45,254 nucleotides of DNA from an uncultured Candidatus Saccharibacteria bacterium (GTDB taxonomy: Bacteria > Patescibacteriota > WWE3 > UBA101185 > UBA10185): the NCBI GenBank assembly GCA_964559585.1, contig CAZLHE010000001.1:1-45254 (forward strand), read 5' to 3'. This document shows, piece after piece, positions 17,952-25,410 of this stretch (position 1 is the stretch's first letter; each line of letters opens with the position of its first letter). Both the position numbers and the translations under genes were made by a program. Under the pieces are notes generated by a model. That model ran no database searches. It was not told the DNA's origin and was given only the letters and a program-made list of their open reading frames with translations.

Positions 17952-18434
17952 ATGACGGGAAAAGGACTTTTATTAGCTAAAAATAGAAAAGCAATGTTTA
18001 ATCGTACTCTTTTGGAGAAATACTGCGCCGGTATTGTGTTAAAAGGATATGAGGTAAAGGCTATAAGAGAGGGAAAAGTAGACTTTGAAGGTTCCTATAT
18101 AAAGTTAATCAGCGGGGCGCTGTATGTTACTGGTCTATATATAGGTAAGTATTCCAAGCAGTCAAAAACTCCAGAAAAGTTCGAGGAAAAAAGATCAAGA
18201 CCGCTCCTTCTAAACAAAAAAGAAGTGGCGGATATAACAAGAGAACTTTCGGAAAAGGGCAAGACAGCGGTTCCTACAGCTTTAGTTATGCAGCACGGCA
18301 AGATTAAGCTTGAATTTGCAGTTGTAAAAGGAAAAAAAGAGTTTGAAAAGAAACAAACAGCTAAAGACAGGCAGATAAAAATAGATTTGGCTAAGGAATC
18401 AAAGGAAATAAAGAGAAGCATTTGGACCCAGTAA
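17952..18434 (+). CDS. smpB: SsrA-binding protein SmpB
   Basis: 160 aa. The sequence AKNRKAMFNRTLLEKYCAGIVLKGYEVKAIREGKVDFEGSYI and a basic C-terminal tail are typical of SmpB. The tmRNA gene follows directly. Confidence 0.9.
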   Translation: MTGKGLLLAKNRKAMFNRTLLEKYCAGIVLKGYEVKAIREGKVDFEGSYIKLISGALYVTGLYIGKYSKQSKTPEKFEEKRSRPLLLNKKEVADITRELSEKGKTAVPTALVMQHGKIKLEFAVVKGKKEFEKKQTAKDRQIKIDLAKESKEIKRSIWTQ

Positions 18435-18520
18435 CCTATTCGTTTTGAGTTGATTTATCAGTGTTTCTGTAGTAATATCTCATCACTCTTACACTTTCGT
18501 ATAGAGTTGTACTTTTACAT

Positions 18521-18901
18521 GGGGATGCATTGGATTTGACCGGTGCAGTTATTATATGGTTGCAAGTAGGTTCGCAGACACCTTAAAAGTCAGCAAAAAT
18601 ATAAATGCCGATAAAAAAGCATTTGTGCCAGCAATGGCATACGTTAACGCTTAACAAAGCGGAAACTGGCAACAAAAATTCTTCCTGGAGAGTTTTTGGC
18701 TTAGCCTAATAAAACCAGGATGAGGTCATTTGGGTACGGTTGCCCCAAGTCGCCAAGGGAGAAATTCCAAAGAAAAAACCTGCAGAAAGCATTAAAGGGT
18801 TTACTGGATACCTGCTTTCTTAAGATAATGTTCGGTTAAACTTGTAGAAACTGTATAAAAAAGGCTTCGGAACGTGGGTTCAACTCCCGCCATCCCTACC
18901 A
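18521..18901 (+). ncRNA. ssrA: tmRNA (SsrA)
   Basis: The 5' end GGGGATGCATTGGATTTGACCGG matches the tmRNA 5' consensus (GGGGnUGaUUcUGGAUUCGAC). The 3' end GTGGGTTCAACTCCCGCCATCCCTACCA has a T-arm, acceptor and CCA. The proposed tag ORF is GCC...GCT TAA at 18607-18654, giving ADKKAFVPAMAYVNA. Confidence 0.85.
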
Positions 18902-18955
18902 AGTAATTTACTATATGAAAAATGCGGTAGTTGTAGAAACTTATAACCCAAAAAT

Positions 18956-19696
18956 CTACTGACAAGCTGTTCTTATCTCCCAGTACTTCTCGAACTTTCT
19001 TAGATCTTTATTAAATCTATATTTTTCTTCAATTTTAGTGTCATTTCCGTGATCGCCACAATCAAATAAGTAATAATAGTCCCCATCTTTATCCGGCCTG
19101 AATCTGGGAATCCACTTGGAGTAAAGGACAGCCTTGTTGCTCACCTCATCGTAACCGCCAACCAAACCATCATAAAATCCACAACCTCCACCAGTTGTAA
19201 ATATGTTGAATTCATTTGCTTTTCCGTCTCCCGTCAGATCCTTTAGGTCTAAAAGTTTAACATCAACCAAGGTGTTTTTCTCACTTTCGGGGTACTCTCC
19301 TACCTTTAATAAGTTTGATTTGGTGTTTTGTAAAGCTAGAGAAACAAACCCGTCATCTTCGTAAGCACCTGGAATTAAAACATCATTCACGACTCTATCC
19401 TTCTGGACCAAAGCAAGATGATACCTTCCTACTAATGCGTTTCCTAAAACGGCGCCAGGACAGCTATAAAAACTCCAATTATCAGTTTTGTACCCAGGTT
19501 CCATATACAATAATAAAGTTTTTCCACCATCCACGGTGGAATAATCTCTTAAATAAGCATCTTTCGGAACAAGCTTCTGTAGTGACTCTTTGTTTAAGAT
19601 AGATCCTCTAGAGGAGTTGAGGGTAAAAAGATATAAAAAAACACCTGCGCTTAGTACCACAAGTACACAAATAAAAATACCTTTCTTTATCCACAT
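18956..19696 (-). CDS. N-terminally anchored exported hypothetical protein
   Basis: 246 aa with an N-terminal TM helix IFICVLVVLSAGVFLYLF. An FG-GAP/VCBS-like stretch reads LTGDGKANEFNIFTTGGGCG. Confidence 0.55.
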   Translation of the reverse strand: MWIKKGIFICVLVVLSAGVFLYLFTLNSSRGSILNKESLQKLVPKDAYLRDYSTVDGGKTLLLYMEPGYKTDNWSFYSCPGAVLGNALVGRYHLALVQKDRVVNDVLIPGAYEDDGFVSLALQNTKSNLLKVGEYPESEKNTLVDVKLLDLKDLTGDGKANEFNIFTTGGGCGFYDGLVGGYDEVSNKAVLYSKWIPRFRPDKDGDYYYLFDCGDHGNDTKIEEKYRFNKDLRKFEKYWEIRTACQ

Positions 19697-19702
19697 AACC
19701 TG

Positions 19703-19711
19703 ATTGTATCA
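19703..19711 (-). promoter_or_regulatory. extended -10 (TGATACAAT) exactly 6 nt upstream of the ATG at 19696 (leaderless-type)
   Basis: The minus strand reads TGATACAAT caggtt ATG. Confidence 0.5.
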
Positions 19712-19880
19712 CCCCCAGCAGAAGTTCCCAACATACTTGACCAGTGTCTAGCAAAGAATAAATTCTCCTCATTTATTAGTTATTCCTAAACATCGTGCTA
19801 TACATTACTATCAGCTTATTTAAATATATGACTACAGGTCCCACAACAAAGAATCGCTGCCATAACAACAAATGAAGAAT

Positions 19881-19946
19881 TGTGGATAACCTATGGATAA
19901 CTGGTATAAATTGCATAAAATGGGGTTTTTGGTATTTATAGCCACA
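19881..19946. promoter_or_regulatory. cluster of DnaA-box-like 9-mers
   Basis: TGTGGATAA at 19881-19889 is a perfect complement of TTATCCACA. TATGGATAA at 19892-19900 has 1 mismatch. ATAGCCACA at 19938-19946 has 2 mismatches and the opposite orientation. All lie in a 340-bp AT-rich non-coding gap. Confidence 0.3.
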
Positions 19947-20009
19947 AATAACGATATAAAGCAGGCCCCGTTGGTTAATTGCTAATTTTTAATCAAAAAT
20001 CAGTATCTT

Positions 20010-20018
20010 TGGTATAAT
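20010..20018 (+). promoter_or_regulatory. extended -10 promoter (TGGTATAAT) for the tRNA-Ser pair
   Basis: The sequence is tggtataat, 19 nt upstream of the first tRNA 5' end. Confidence 0.55.
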
Positions 20019-20037
20019 GTGAGAGCTTTAAGATGCT

Positions 20038-20126
20038 GGAGGGTTGGCAGAGTGGTAATGCAGCGGCTTGCTAAGCCGTGACTGGGTTAAACCGGTCCAC
20101 AGGTTCAAATCCTGTACCCTCCGCCA
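20038..20126 (+). tRNA. tRNA-Ser (anticodon GCU), CCA encoded
   Basis: Hand-folded cloverleaf. The acceptor GGAGGGT/ACCCTCC pairs, with G73 and CCA. The D stem is 3 bp. The anticodon stem GCGGC/GCCGT closes the loop TTGCTAA. It has a long variable arm and a T arm ACAGG-TTCAAAT-CCTGT. Confidence 0.9.
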
Positions 20127-20146
20127 TAACTTTAGTAATTTTGAAT

Positions 20147-20234
20147 GGAGAAGTCGCATAGTGGCCGAGTGCAGCGGTTTACTAAACCGCCATACCGCAA
20201 GGTATCGTGGGTTCGAATCCCACCTTCTCCGCCA
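20147..20234 (+). tRNA. Ser-type (class II) tRNA with anticodon ACU (A34), CCA encoded
   Basis: The acceptor GGAGAAG/CTTCTCC pairs, with G73 and CCA. The D stem is GCA/TGC. The anticodon stem GCGGT/ACCGC closes the loop TTACTAA, placing anticodon ACT at 20181-20183. The variable arm is ATACC-GCAA-GGTAT and the T arm is GTGGG-TTCGAAT-CCCAC. Confidence 0.75.
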
Positions 20235-20303
20235 AGAATTTTCTATTGTCACTAGAATAAAGCATCTTGCTTAGCATCTATGCACTGTGTTCCAAATCCT
20301 TTA

Positions 20304-20507
20304 ATGTCTACATTTACAACTTCCCAACTAAAAAGGTTCTCAAATATTTTTGATAATGCGGGACAGGTAATGTTCGGATCTTTGGTTCTAAATCCGTTGC
20401 TTACACCTGCTGATTTACGAGGATTACTACCAGCCACATTACTAGGTACCAGCTTGACTTTGTTTCTTTGGTGGGTATCCTTAAGACTAGAAAGGATTTC
20501 TTTATGA
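20304..20507 (+). CDS. small membrane protein, cassette gene 1 (copy 1; paralogue of 27629..27826)
   Basis: 67 aa from the Met that aligns with copy 2 (the track ORF starts at 20280). The copies share QLKRFSNIFDNxGQVxxGSLxL and WWVSLxxERxSL. The stop overlaps the next start (ATGA). Confidence 0.55.
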   Translation: MSTFTTSQLKRFSNIFDNAGQVMFGSLVLNPLLTPADLRGLLPATLLGTSLTLFLWWVSLRLERISL

Positions 20508-20617
20508 ACGTAAATTCTTTAAACACCCTTGTTTTAGTTTATATCGGTTTTGCGGTTATTGCTGTCGGCGTAGTGTTGATGATTTTTATGGGGAATAGGC
20601 CACCAAGGAAAGATTAG
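20504..20617 (+). CDS. 37-aa single-TM peptide, cassette gene 2 (copy 1; paralogue of 27823..27936)
   Basis: The peptide is MNVNSLNTLVLVYIGFAVIAVGVVLMIFMGNRPPRKD. Copy 2 has the same length, the same ATGA coupling and a similar sequence. It is below the ORF-track size cut-off and was translated by hand. Confidence 0.5.
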   Translation: MNVNSLNTLVLVYIGFAVIAVGVVLMIFMGNRPPRKD

Positions 20618-20637
20618 GCCTAATCATAGCCAGATAT

Positions 20638-20670
20638 TTTCCAATACCGCCCCACGCTCTCCACCACCAA
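20638..20670. repeat. tRNA-Ser 3'-end-like repeat, copy C
   Basis: TTTCCAATACCGCCCCACGCTCTCCACCACCA matches copy A at 20 of 30 positions. Its tail matches the 3' end CCCACCTTCTCCGCCA of the tRNA at 20147-20234 at 13 of 16 positions. Confidence 0.45.
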
Positions 20671-20763
20671 GTATGTTAGTTTTCATCGATGGCTCCGAAG
20701 ACCCTGGGTTTAAAATAGAACGTGGTTCAGGTCGACCATTCGTTTGTGTTGTATAATTTAAAT

Positions 20764-21354
20764 ATGAACCTCTCAAGTCTTGGAAATATGGTAGGTATAA
20801 AAAGTTCTCACGAGAATTTAGAACCTCCGAAAGTGCCGGGGTATAGCAGGGAGCAGCTTGGAGAAAAGAAGATATTTCTTAGCTGGGAGGCCACAAGCCA
20901 CCCCGAGACGCGAGGGATGAACAAAAGATTTATTAGAGCCCTCACGATTATAGGGATTTTTGTCGGCTTACTGCTCCTTGCCATGCAGGAATTTTTTGTA
21001 ATTTTGGTTATCGGAAGTATTATTTTTGTCACTCAGGCCTTAATGAAAATGCCCCCCGAGAAGATGAGTTACGAACTAAACTCATTTGGTATAACTGTAA
21101 ACGGGAAATTGTATTATTGGGACGAACTTAGAAGATATTTTTTTATACATAGGGGAGAAACTGAGATTGCTGTTGTTGATACCACAATGGGAATTCCCGG
21201 AAGACTATTTATCCACTTTGATCCAAAAGATAAGGAAAAGATAAAGGATGTTTTTAATAAATACCTTCACTTTTTGGAGCAGGAGCCCAAAACGTTTTTT
21301 GATGAAGCGTACGACAAGATAGTTAAGAAATTTGGCGTTGAAGATAAAGAATAA
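20764..21354 (+). CDS. membrane protein with C-terminal PH-like domain (hypothetical)
   Basis: The track ORF is 20722..21354 from a GTG. I prefer the ATG at 20764, which lies 6 nt after TATAAT (20752-20757). It has two TM helices (ALTIIGIFVGLLLLAM, FFVILVIGSIIFVTQAL) followed by a soluble domain. Confidence 0.5.
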   Translation: MNLSSLGNMVGIKSSHENLEPPKVPGYSREQLGEKKIFLSWEATSHPETRGMNKRFIRALTIIGIFVGLLLLAMQEFFVILVIGSIIFVTQALMKMPPEKMSYELNSFGITVNGKLYYWDELRRYFFIHRGETEIAVVDTTMGIPGRLFIHFDPKDKEKIKDVFNKYLHFLEQEPKTFFDEAYDKIVKKFGVEDKE

Positions 21355-21407
21355 GGACTATCTTTAAGCTATAATATCCCCAAGAATTGTTCGTTTGTTG
21401 TTTTTAT

Positions 21408-21483
21408 GCACCCGTAGTTCAGTGGATAGAACGCAGCGTTGCGGACGCTGAAGTCGGGGGTTCGAGTCCCTCCGGGTGCGCCA
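21408..21483 (+). tRNA. tRNA-Arg (anticodon GCG), CCA encoded
   Basis: 76 nt. The acceptor GCACCCG/CGGGTGC pairs. The D stem is GTTC/GAAC with A20. The anticodon stem CAGCG/CGCTG closes the loop TTGCGGA, placing GCG at 21441-21443. The T loop is TTCGAGT. A TATAAT lies at 21370-21375 upstream. Confidence 0.85.
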
Positions 21484-21535
21484 TTTCAATCTATCCAGTT
21501 ATTTTGAGTTTTTTAATGTAAAATAGGGTAGTTAT

Positions 21536-21611
21536 GGGCCGTTAGCTCAGTTGGTAGAGCACTGCATTCGCATTGCAGAGATCAGCGGTTCGATTCCGCT
21601 ACGGTCCACCA
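21536..21611 (+). tRNA. tRNA-Ala (anticodon CGC), CCA encoded
   Basis: 76 nt. The acceptor GGGCCGT/ACGGTCC contains the G3:U70 Ala identity pair. The anticodon stem CTGCA/TGCAG closes the loop TTCGCAT. Confidence 0.9.
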
Positions 21612-21621
21612 GTGATTTATT

Positions 21622-22410
21622 ATGATGCACATATATCTACTACCTGTTTATAACGAAGAGAAGATAATAAATAAATCCGTAGCCCTGTTACATGAGGTAC
21701 TATCTCGGCAATATTTAGGGTCACCGCAGCAATTTAAAATTGCTATTATTGATAACGCATCTAATGACTCCACACGTGTTTTAGTACAGCAGCTACAGGG
21801 TACTTATCAAGAAAATCTAATGTATTTTTATACTTCCCAAAAAGGTAGAGGCAGTGCTTTAAAAAGATTATCAAGGGAGTATGACGCGGACCACTATACC
21901 TACTTGGATATAGATTTACCTATTGAACTTGATAAACTTCCTGATTTCGTTGGCCCTGTTGTTTCAGGTGATTACGATATTTCATTAGTTAAGAGATTGG
22001 GGTCGAGATCTTTTGGCCGTGTTTTTATGACTAAATTACATCAGTTATTTAGTTGTATATTTTTAAATCTTCCGTTTTCTGATCCACAAAGCGGAGCCAA
22101 AACGTATAACAGGAATGTAGCTAAAACTATATTTCCCCTTACGCACCAGACTGGTTACTTTTTTGACACCGAAATTTTGGCTTTAGCTAAATTAAAGGGA
22201 ATGCGTATAAAAGAGATACCTCTAACCTGGATCGAAAGCCGTTTTTCCGGAAGACACAGTAAAGTAAAGAGATTAAGAGATTCCCTTGAAGCTTTTTTGG
22301 CTATAATTGATATCTCAAGAAGAAATTTCCCTCTTAGGTTTTTTATAGTAACAGTTACTATTTTTAGTTTATTATCACTAGTAACATTATCTTTATATGT
22401 ATTACTCTAA
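21622..22410 (+). CDS. family 2 glycosyltransferase (polyprenyl-phosphate glycosyltransferase-like) with C-terminal TM helix
   Basis: 262 aa. The sequence YLLPVYNEEKIINKSV...KIAIIDNASNDST...YLDIDL is typical of GT2/Dpm1-GtrB-like enzymes. The C-terminal helix is FFIVTVTIFSLLSLVTLSLYVLL. Confidence 0.75.
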   Translation: MMHIYLLPVYNEEKIINKSVALLHEVLSRQYLGSPQQFKIAIIDNASNDSTRVLVQQLQGTYQENLMYFYTSQKGRGSALKRLSREYDADHYTYLDIDLPIELDKLPDFVGPVVSGDYDISLVKRLGSRSFGRVFMTKLHQLFSCIFLNLPFSDPQSGAKTYNRNVAKTIFPLTHQTGYFFDTEILALAKLKGMRIKEIPLTWIESRFSGRHSKVKRLRDSLEAFLAIIDISRRNFPLRFFIVTVTIFSLLSLVTLSLYVLL

Positions 22411-23095
22411 AGATTTCGATAATGTTGCGCCCAACTACAGAGACACACACAATCAAAGTATTAAGTTTACGGGTGCTGCAAGCTCCTACTTTTGTGAATA
22501 TAAGGTAAAAAATTCGATACGTATACTCGGACCTAGTAGTAATCCTGTAATTCTAGATTTTGGTTGTGGGGACGGTTTGGCTTGTTTGTTTTTCAATAAA
22601 TATTTGCCTAACGCTCAGTTATTCGGGATAGACACCTCTTCAGAATCTATTCATGTTGCTTCTGGAAAGAATATACCAAATACTAAGTTTTGTGTGTTTA
22701 ATGGAACTTCACTTTCTTATCCTGATTTAACATTTGATCTAGTTTATGTTTCCTGTGTTCTACATCATATTGATAGCGCTCTATACCCAAATATTCTAAA
22801 AGAGCTATATCGTGTTTTAAAAAAAGGCGGAATTATTCATATTTACGAGCACAATCCAAATAATATTTTTACACAATACGCAGTTTCTACTTGTACCTTT
22901 GACGAGGGAGTCACTCTGCTTAATCCGCGTAACTTAAAAAAAGCAGTGTTCTCTGTGGGATTTGAAAATGTGAATGTAGATTACATATTTTTTTATCCAA
23001 GATGGGGTTTTCTTAAAAAAATAGATGGATTAGAACATCTATGCTCAAAAGTACCGTTGGGTGCCCAATACCTACTGAAAGGATCAAAAAGATGA
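22397..23095 (+). CDS. class I SAM-dependent methyltransferase
   Basis: 232 aa. Motif I is ILDFGCGDGL. The sequence DLVYVSCVLHHI...LKKGGIIHIYEHN is typical of Methyltransf_11/25-type enzymes. It overlaps the neighbours on both sides, indicating an operon. Confidence 0.8.
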   Translation: MYYSKDFDNVAPNYRDTHNQSIKFTGAASSYFCEYKVKNSIRILGPSSNPVILDFGCGDGLACLFFNKYLPNAQLFGIDTSSESIHVASGKNIPNTKFCVFNGTSLSYPDLTFDLVYVSCVLHHIDSALYPNILKELYRVLKKGGIIHIYEHNPNNIFTQYAVSTCTFDEGVTLLNPRNLKKAVFSVGFENVNVDYIFFYPRWGFLKKIDGLEHLCSKVPLGAQYLLKGSKR

Positions 23096-24804
23096 GAACG
23101 TTTGCTAAATTGTTACTCTACATTTTAATTTCTTTTGTATTAACCTATACCTTTCTTGGTATTTACAGGTTACAGCCTGGTGATTTTATAGGTGAGGGTC
23201 ATGACTCTTTTGTTTACTCCGGTTTTATGTATTTAGCTAAACAAAATATTAGTGATGGGAAATGGCCTTATACACATACCAATGCCTTCCGGTATAAAAA
23301 TGGATTTGATTACTCGTGTGGTTTTGACGGTTTTCTCCCTATAACCTCTGGTGCACTGCTTAGTTTTATAACCTCTCCTTCAAATGCCTTTAATATATCA
23401 GTGTTCATATATTTTCTACTCAATATATTTCTCTCTTGGATTTCATTTGAAACGATCTCGAGGAAGTTGACAAATAATAACTATAATAAGTTTCTACCAT
23501 TTATAATTGCACTTATCTACGGCGCGTCCCCCTATGTATTTGCTAGAGCGTCTAATCATTTAAACTTATTTTTTATAGCAGGATTTCCCGTTGCACTTTT
23601 AGGTTTAGTTTCTACTCATATAGATATTAAGAGCGAAACCCTTAATTTAAAAAGTTTGTTAACGTTTTTTATTGGCATTCTTCTAATAGCCTTTGGGTCT
23701 ATTCAGTACATTCTAATTCTTTCTATGTTAGCCCCCCTCTTAGTAATAACCTTAATGGTTAAGTATGAAAATAAACGTTTTTTTCTCGATTTTTGGATTA
23801 TGGAAGAGGTAAAAAATTTTATAATTTCCCTGCGTAGCAAAAAGAATCTACGTAAATTTATATTAAGCACAGTAGCATTTCTGTTAATATTTTTATTCGT
23901 GTATAAAGGATATTTTAGGTGTGTCTTTCTTGGACAGTTTGGACCTCATATCTGGAATGCTGCCGCATCGATATTAGATATTTTCGTGCCAAATCCATAT
24001 CTTGGTAGCTACTGGAATATATTCAACCTGCGGCCCAAGCAAATCGAGTTCGTAGTAACTCCCGGCATTGTCGAACTATTATTTTTTGCTTACCTTCTTA
24101 AAAATAGCGCTTCTTCCCGAATGAGAAGGTTTACCTTAATAGTAGGTGCGCTATATGTATTATTTACACTTAATCTGCTAAAAATATTTTTTGTATCTGA
24201 AAATATGCGGTTCGTCGTAGTTGCACTTTTGGTATTTTGCTTGTTTGCAATTAAACAAAATCCAAAGATTCCAACTAGAGTAAGTATTTTTCTAATCTCA
24301 ATACTTATTTTAGAAAGATTATTTTATTATGTTCCTGTATCCAGACTCTATTCATACGAAAATATTAGTAAGTTAAAAAACTATGATGGCACCGCATTAT
24401 TGAATGTTCCTGCTACTATATGGTCGGATTACAGCGGTATTAATAGCGCTTTAGCAAATTATCATGGTAAGAAGCTGTTAGAAGGTCACTTGAATCCCGG
24501 TAATAATTCGAGTGAAACCTTATATTCCCTATATCGTACCGACCTACTCATGTTTGTGTGCGACGAAAGTAGGACTTCTATTAATCGTACTAACTATTAC
24601 ACGCAATCGAGTGTTAAACAAGCAGACTCTCTAATAAGTGAATACGATGTTAAATTTATTGTTTTACAGAAAACATTTATAAATACAACACTCTGTACTA
24701 AAGCAAGAGACTGGTGGTCTTATTATATGTCTAACACCCAACTGTATTGGAAAGTTATATACGATGACTCAGAAAGCACAGGCTACCATTTAGAGGATTT
24801 ATGA
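23092..24804 (+). CDS. polytopic membrane protein with soluble C-terminal domain (GT-C/YfhO-like candidate)
   Basis: I chose the ATG at 23092, which forms an ATGA overlap with the methyltransferase stop (the track ORF starts at 23041). It has about 12 hydrophobic helices and then ~170 soluble aa. The family is not identified. Confidence 0.5.
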   Translation: MRTFAKLLLYILISFVLTYTFLGIYRLQPGDFIGEGHDSFVYSGFMYLAKQNISDGKWPYTHTNAFRYKNGFDYSCGFDGFLPITSGALLSFITSPSNAFNISVFIYFLLNIFLSWISFETISRKLTNNNYNKFLPFIIALIYGASPYVFARASNHLNLFFIAGFPVALLGLVSTHIDIKSETLNLKSLLTFFIGILLIAFGSIQYILILSMLAPLLVITLMVKYENKRFFLDFWIMEEVKNFIISLRSKKNLRKFILSTVAFLLIFLFVYKGYFRCVFLGQFGPHIWNAAASILDIFVPNPYLGSYWNIFNLRPKQIEFVVTPGIVELLFFAYLLKNSASSRMRRFTLIVGALYVLFTLNLLKIFFVSENMRFVVVALLVFCLFAIKQNPKIPTRVSIFLISILILERLFYYVPVSRLYSYENISKLKNYDGTALLNVPATIWSDYSGINSALANYHGKKLLEGHLNPGNNSSETLYSLYRTDLLMFVCDESRTSINRTNYYTQSSVKQADSLISEYDVKFIVLQKTFINTTLCTKARDWWSYYMSNTQLYWKVIYDDSESTGYHLEDL

Positions 24805-25135
24805 CCGTTGGGATCTTGATGTAAGCTCTCTTTCAAAAACGGAGGAAAAAAAGAGTTAACATCGTCTGAGTTAGTCCCAACATAGCCCAGAATGGCCCAC
24901 TAACTCTTTTGTTGTTTTAATTTCCGAAAATGTGAGTACCACACAGTGCGTGCCAGACAGTCAGTACTACCCAAACTGCGTAACAGGTTGGTGTTATAAA
25001 AACTGCAAAGGTCGCGGTGATAAAAAAAGGTTTAACAAAACTTCCATTACAAACTTGTCCCCTCCTTTGGATTTTCTTAAGAGCTTATTGTCTGTGAAAG
25101 ATTCTGAAAGTTTATCAACGCAAAAGTAAAATATA

Positions 25136-25164
25136 TTGACTTTCTTAGTTCAATGTTATAACAT
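25136..25164 (+). promoter_or_regulatory. promoter (TTGACT-N15-TATAAC) with a 12-bp perfect palindrome ATGTTATAACAT overlapping the -10
   Basis: TTGACT is at 25136-25141, TATAAC at 25157-25162 and the palindrome at 25153-25164. The antitoxin ATG is at 25174. Confidence 0.5.
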
Positions 25165-25173
25165 GTTATTACT

Positions 25174-25410
25174 ATGACATACGAACAAAAACTAACAAAA
25201 ATAGGAAATTCTGTAGGAGTAATAATCCCGTCTGAGGTGCTGAAAAGACTGAAGCTAACCTCCGGAAGCAAGGTCTTTTTAGAGCAAGTGCAGGACCAAA
25301 TACTTCTCAAAAGAACAGAGGATGTATACGTTTCCCCCGAGTTTTTAAGAGTGGCTGAAAAGGTTTCTGATAAGTATAAAAAAGCCTTTAGAGAACTAGC
25401 ACTAAAATGA
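25174..25410 (+). CDS. AbrB/MazE/SpoVT-fold antitoxin (Phd-equivalent partner of Doc)
   Basis: 78 aa. KLTKIGNSVGVIIPSEVLKRLKL is a SpoVT-AbrB looped-hinge motif. It overlaps the Doc gene by 4 nt (ATGA). Confidence 0.8.
   Translation: MTYEQKLTKIGNSVGVIIPSEVLKRLKLTSGSKVFLEQVQDQILLKRTEDVYVSPEFLRVAEKVSDKYKKAFRELALK

Noticed and set aside
19697-20037. Calling this gap the chromosomal origin (oriC)
   Set aside because: There are only two good DnaA boxes and one weak one, no dnaA/dnaN nearby, and I cannot compute skew. It is reported as a low-interest observation only.
20028-20274. Track ORFs 20028..20252 (-) and 20068..20274 (+)
   Set aside because: Both lie entirely over the two well-folded tRNA-Ser genes and have no independent coding signal, so they are spurious.
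24932-25129. 65-aa ORF in the 330-bp gap before the Doc module
   Set aside because: It has a non-ATG start, no SD or -10 at a sensible distance, and no recognisable motif. It is left uncalled, and the gap is treated as non-coding.
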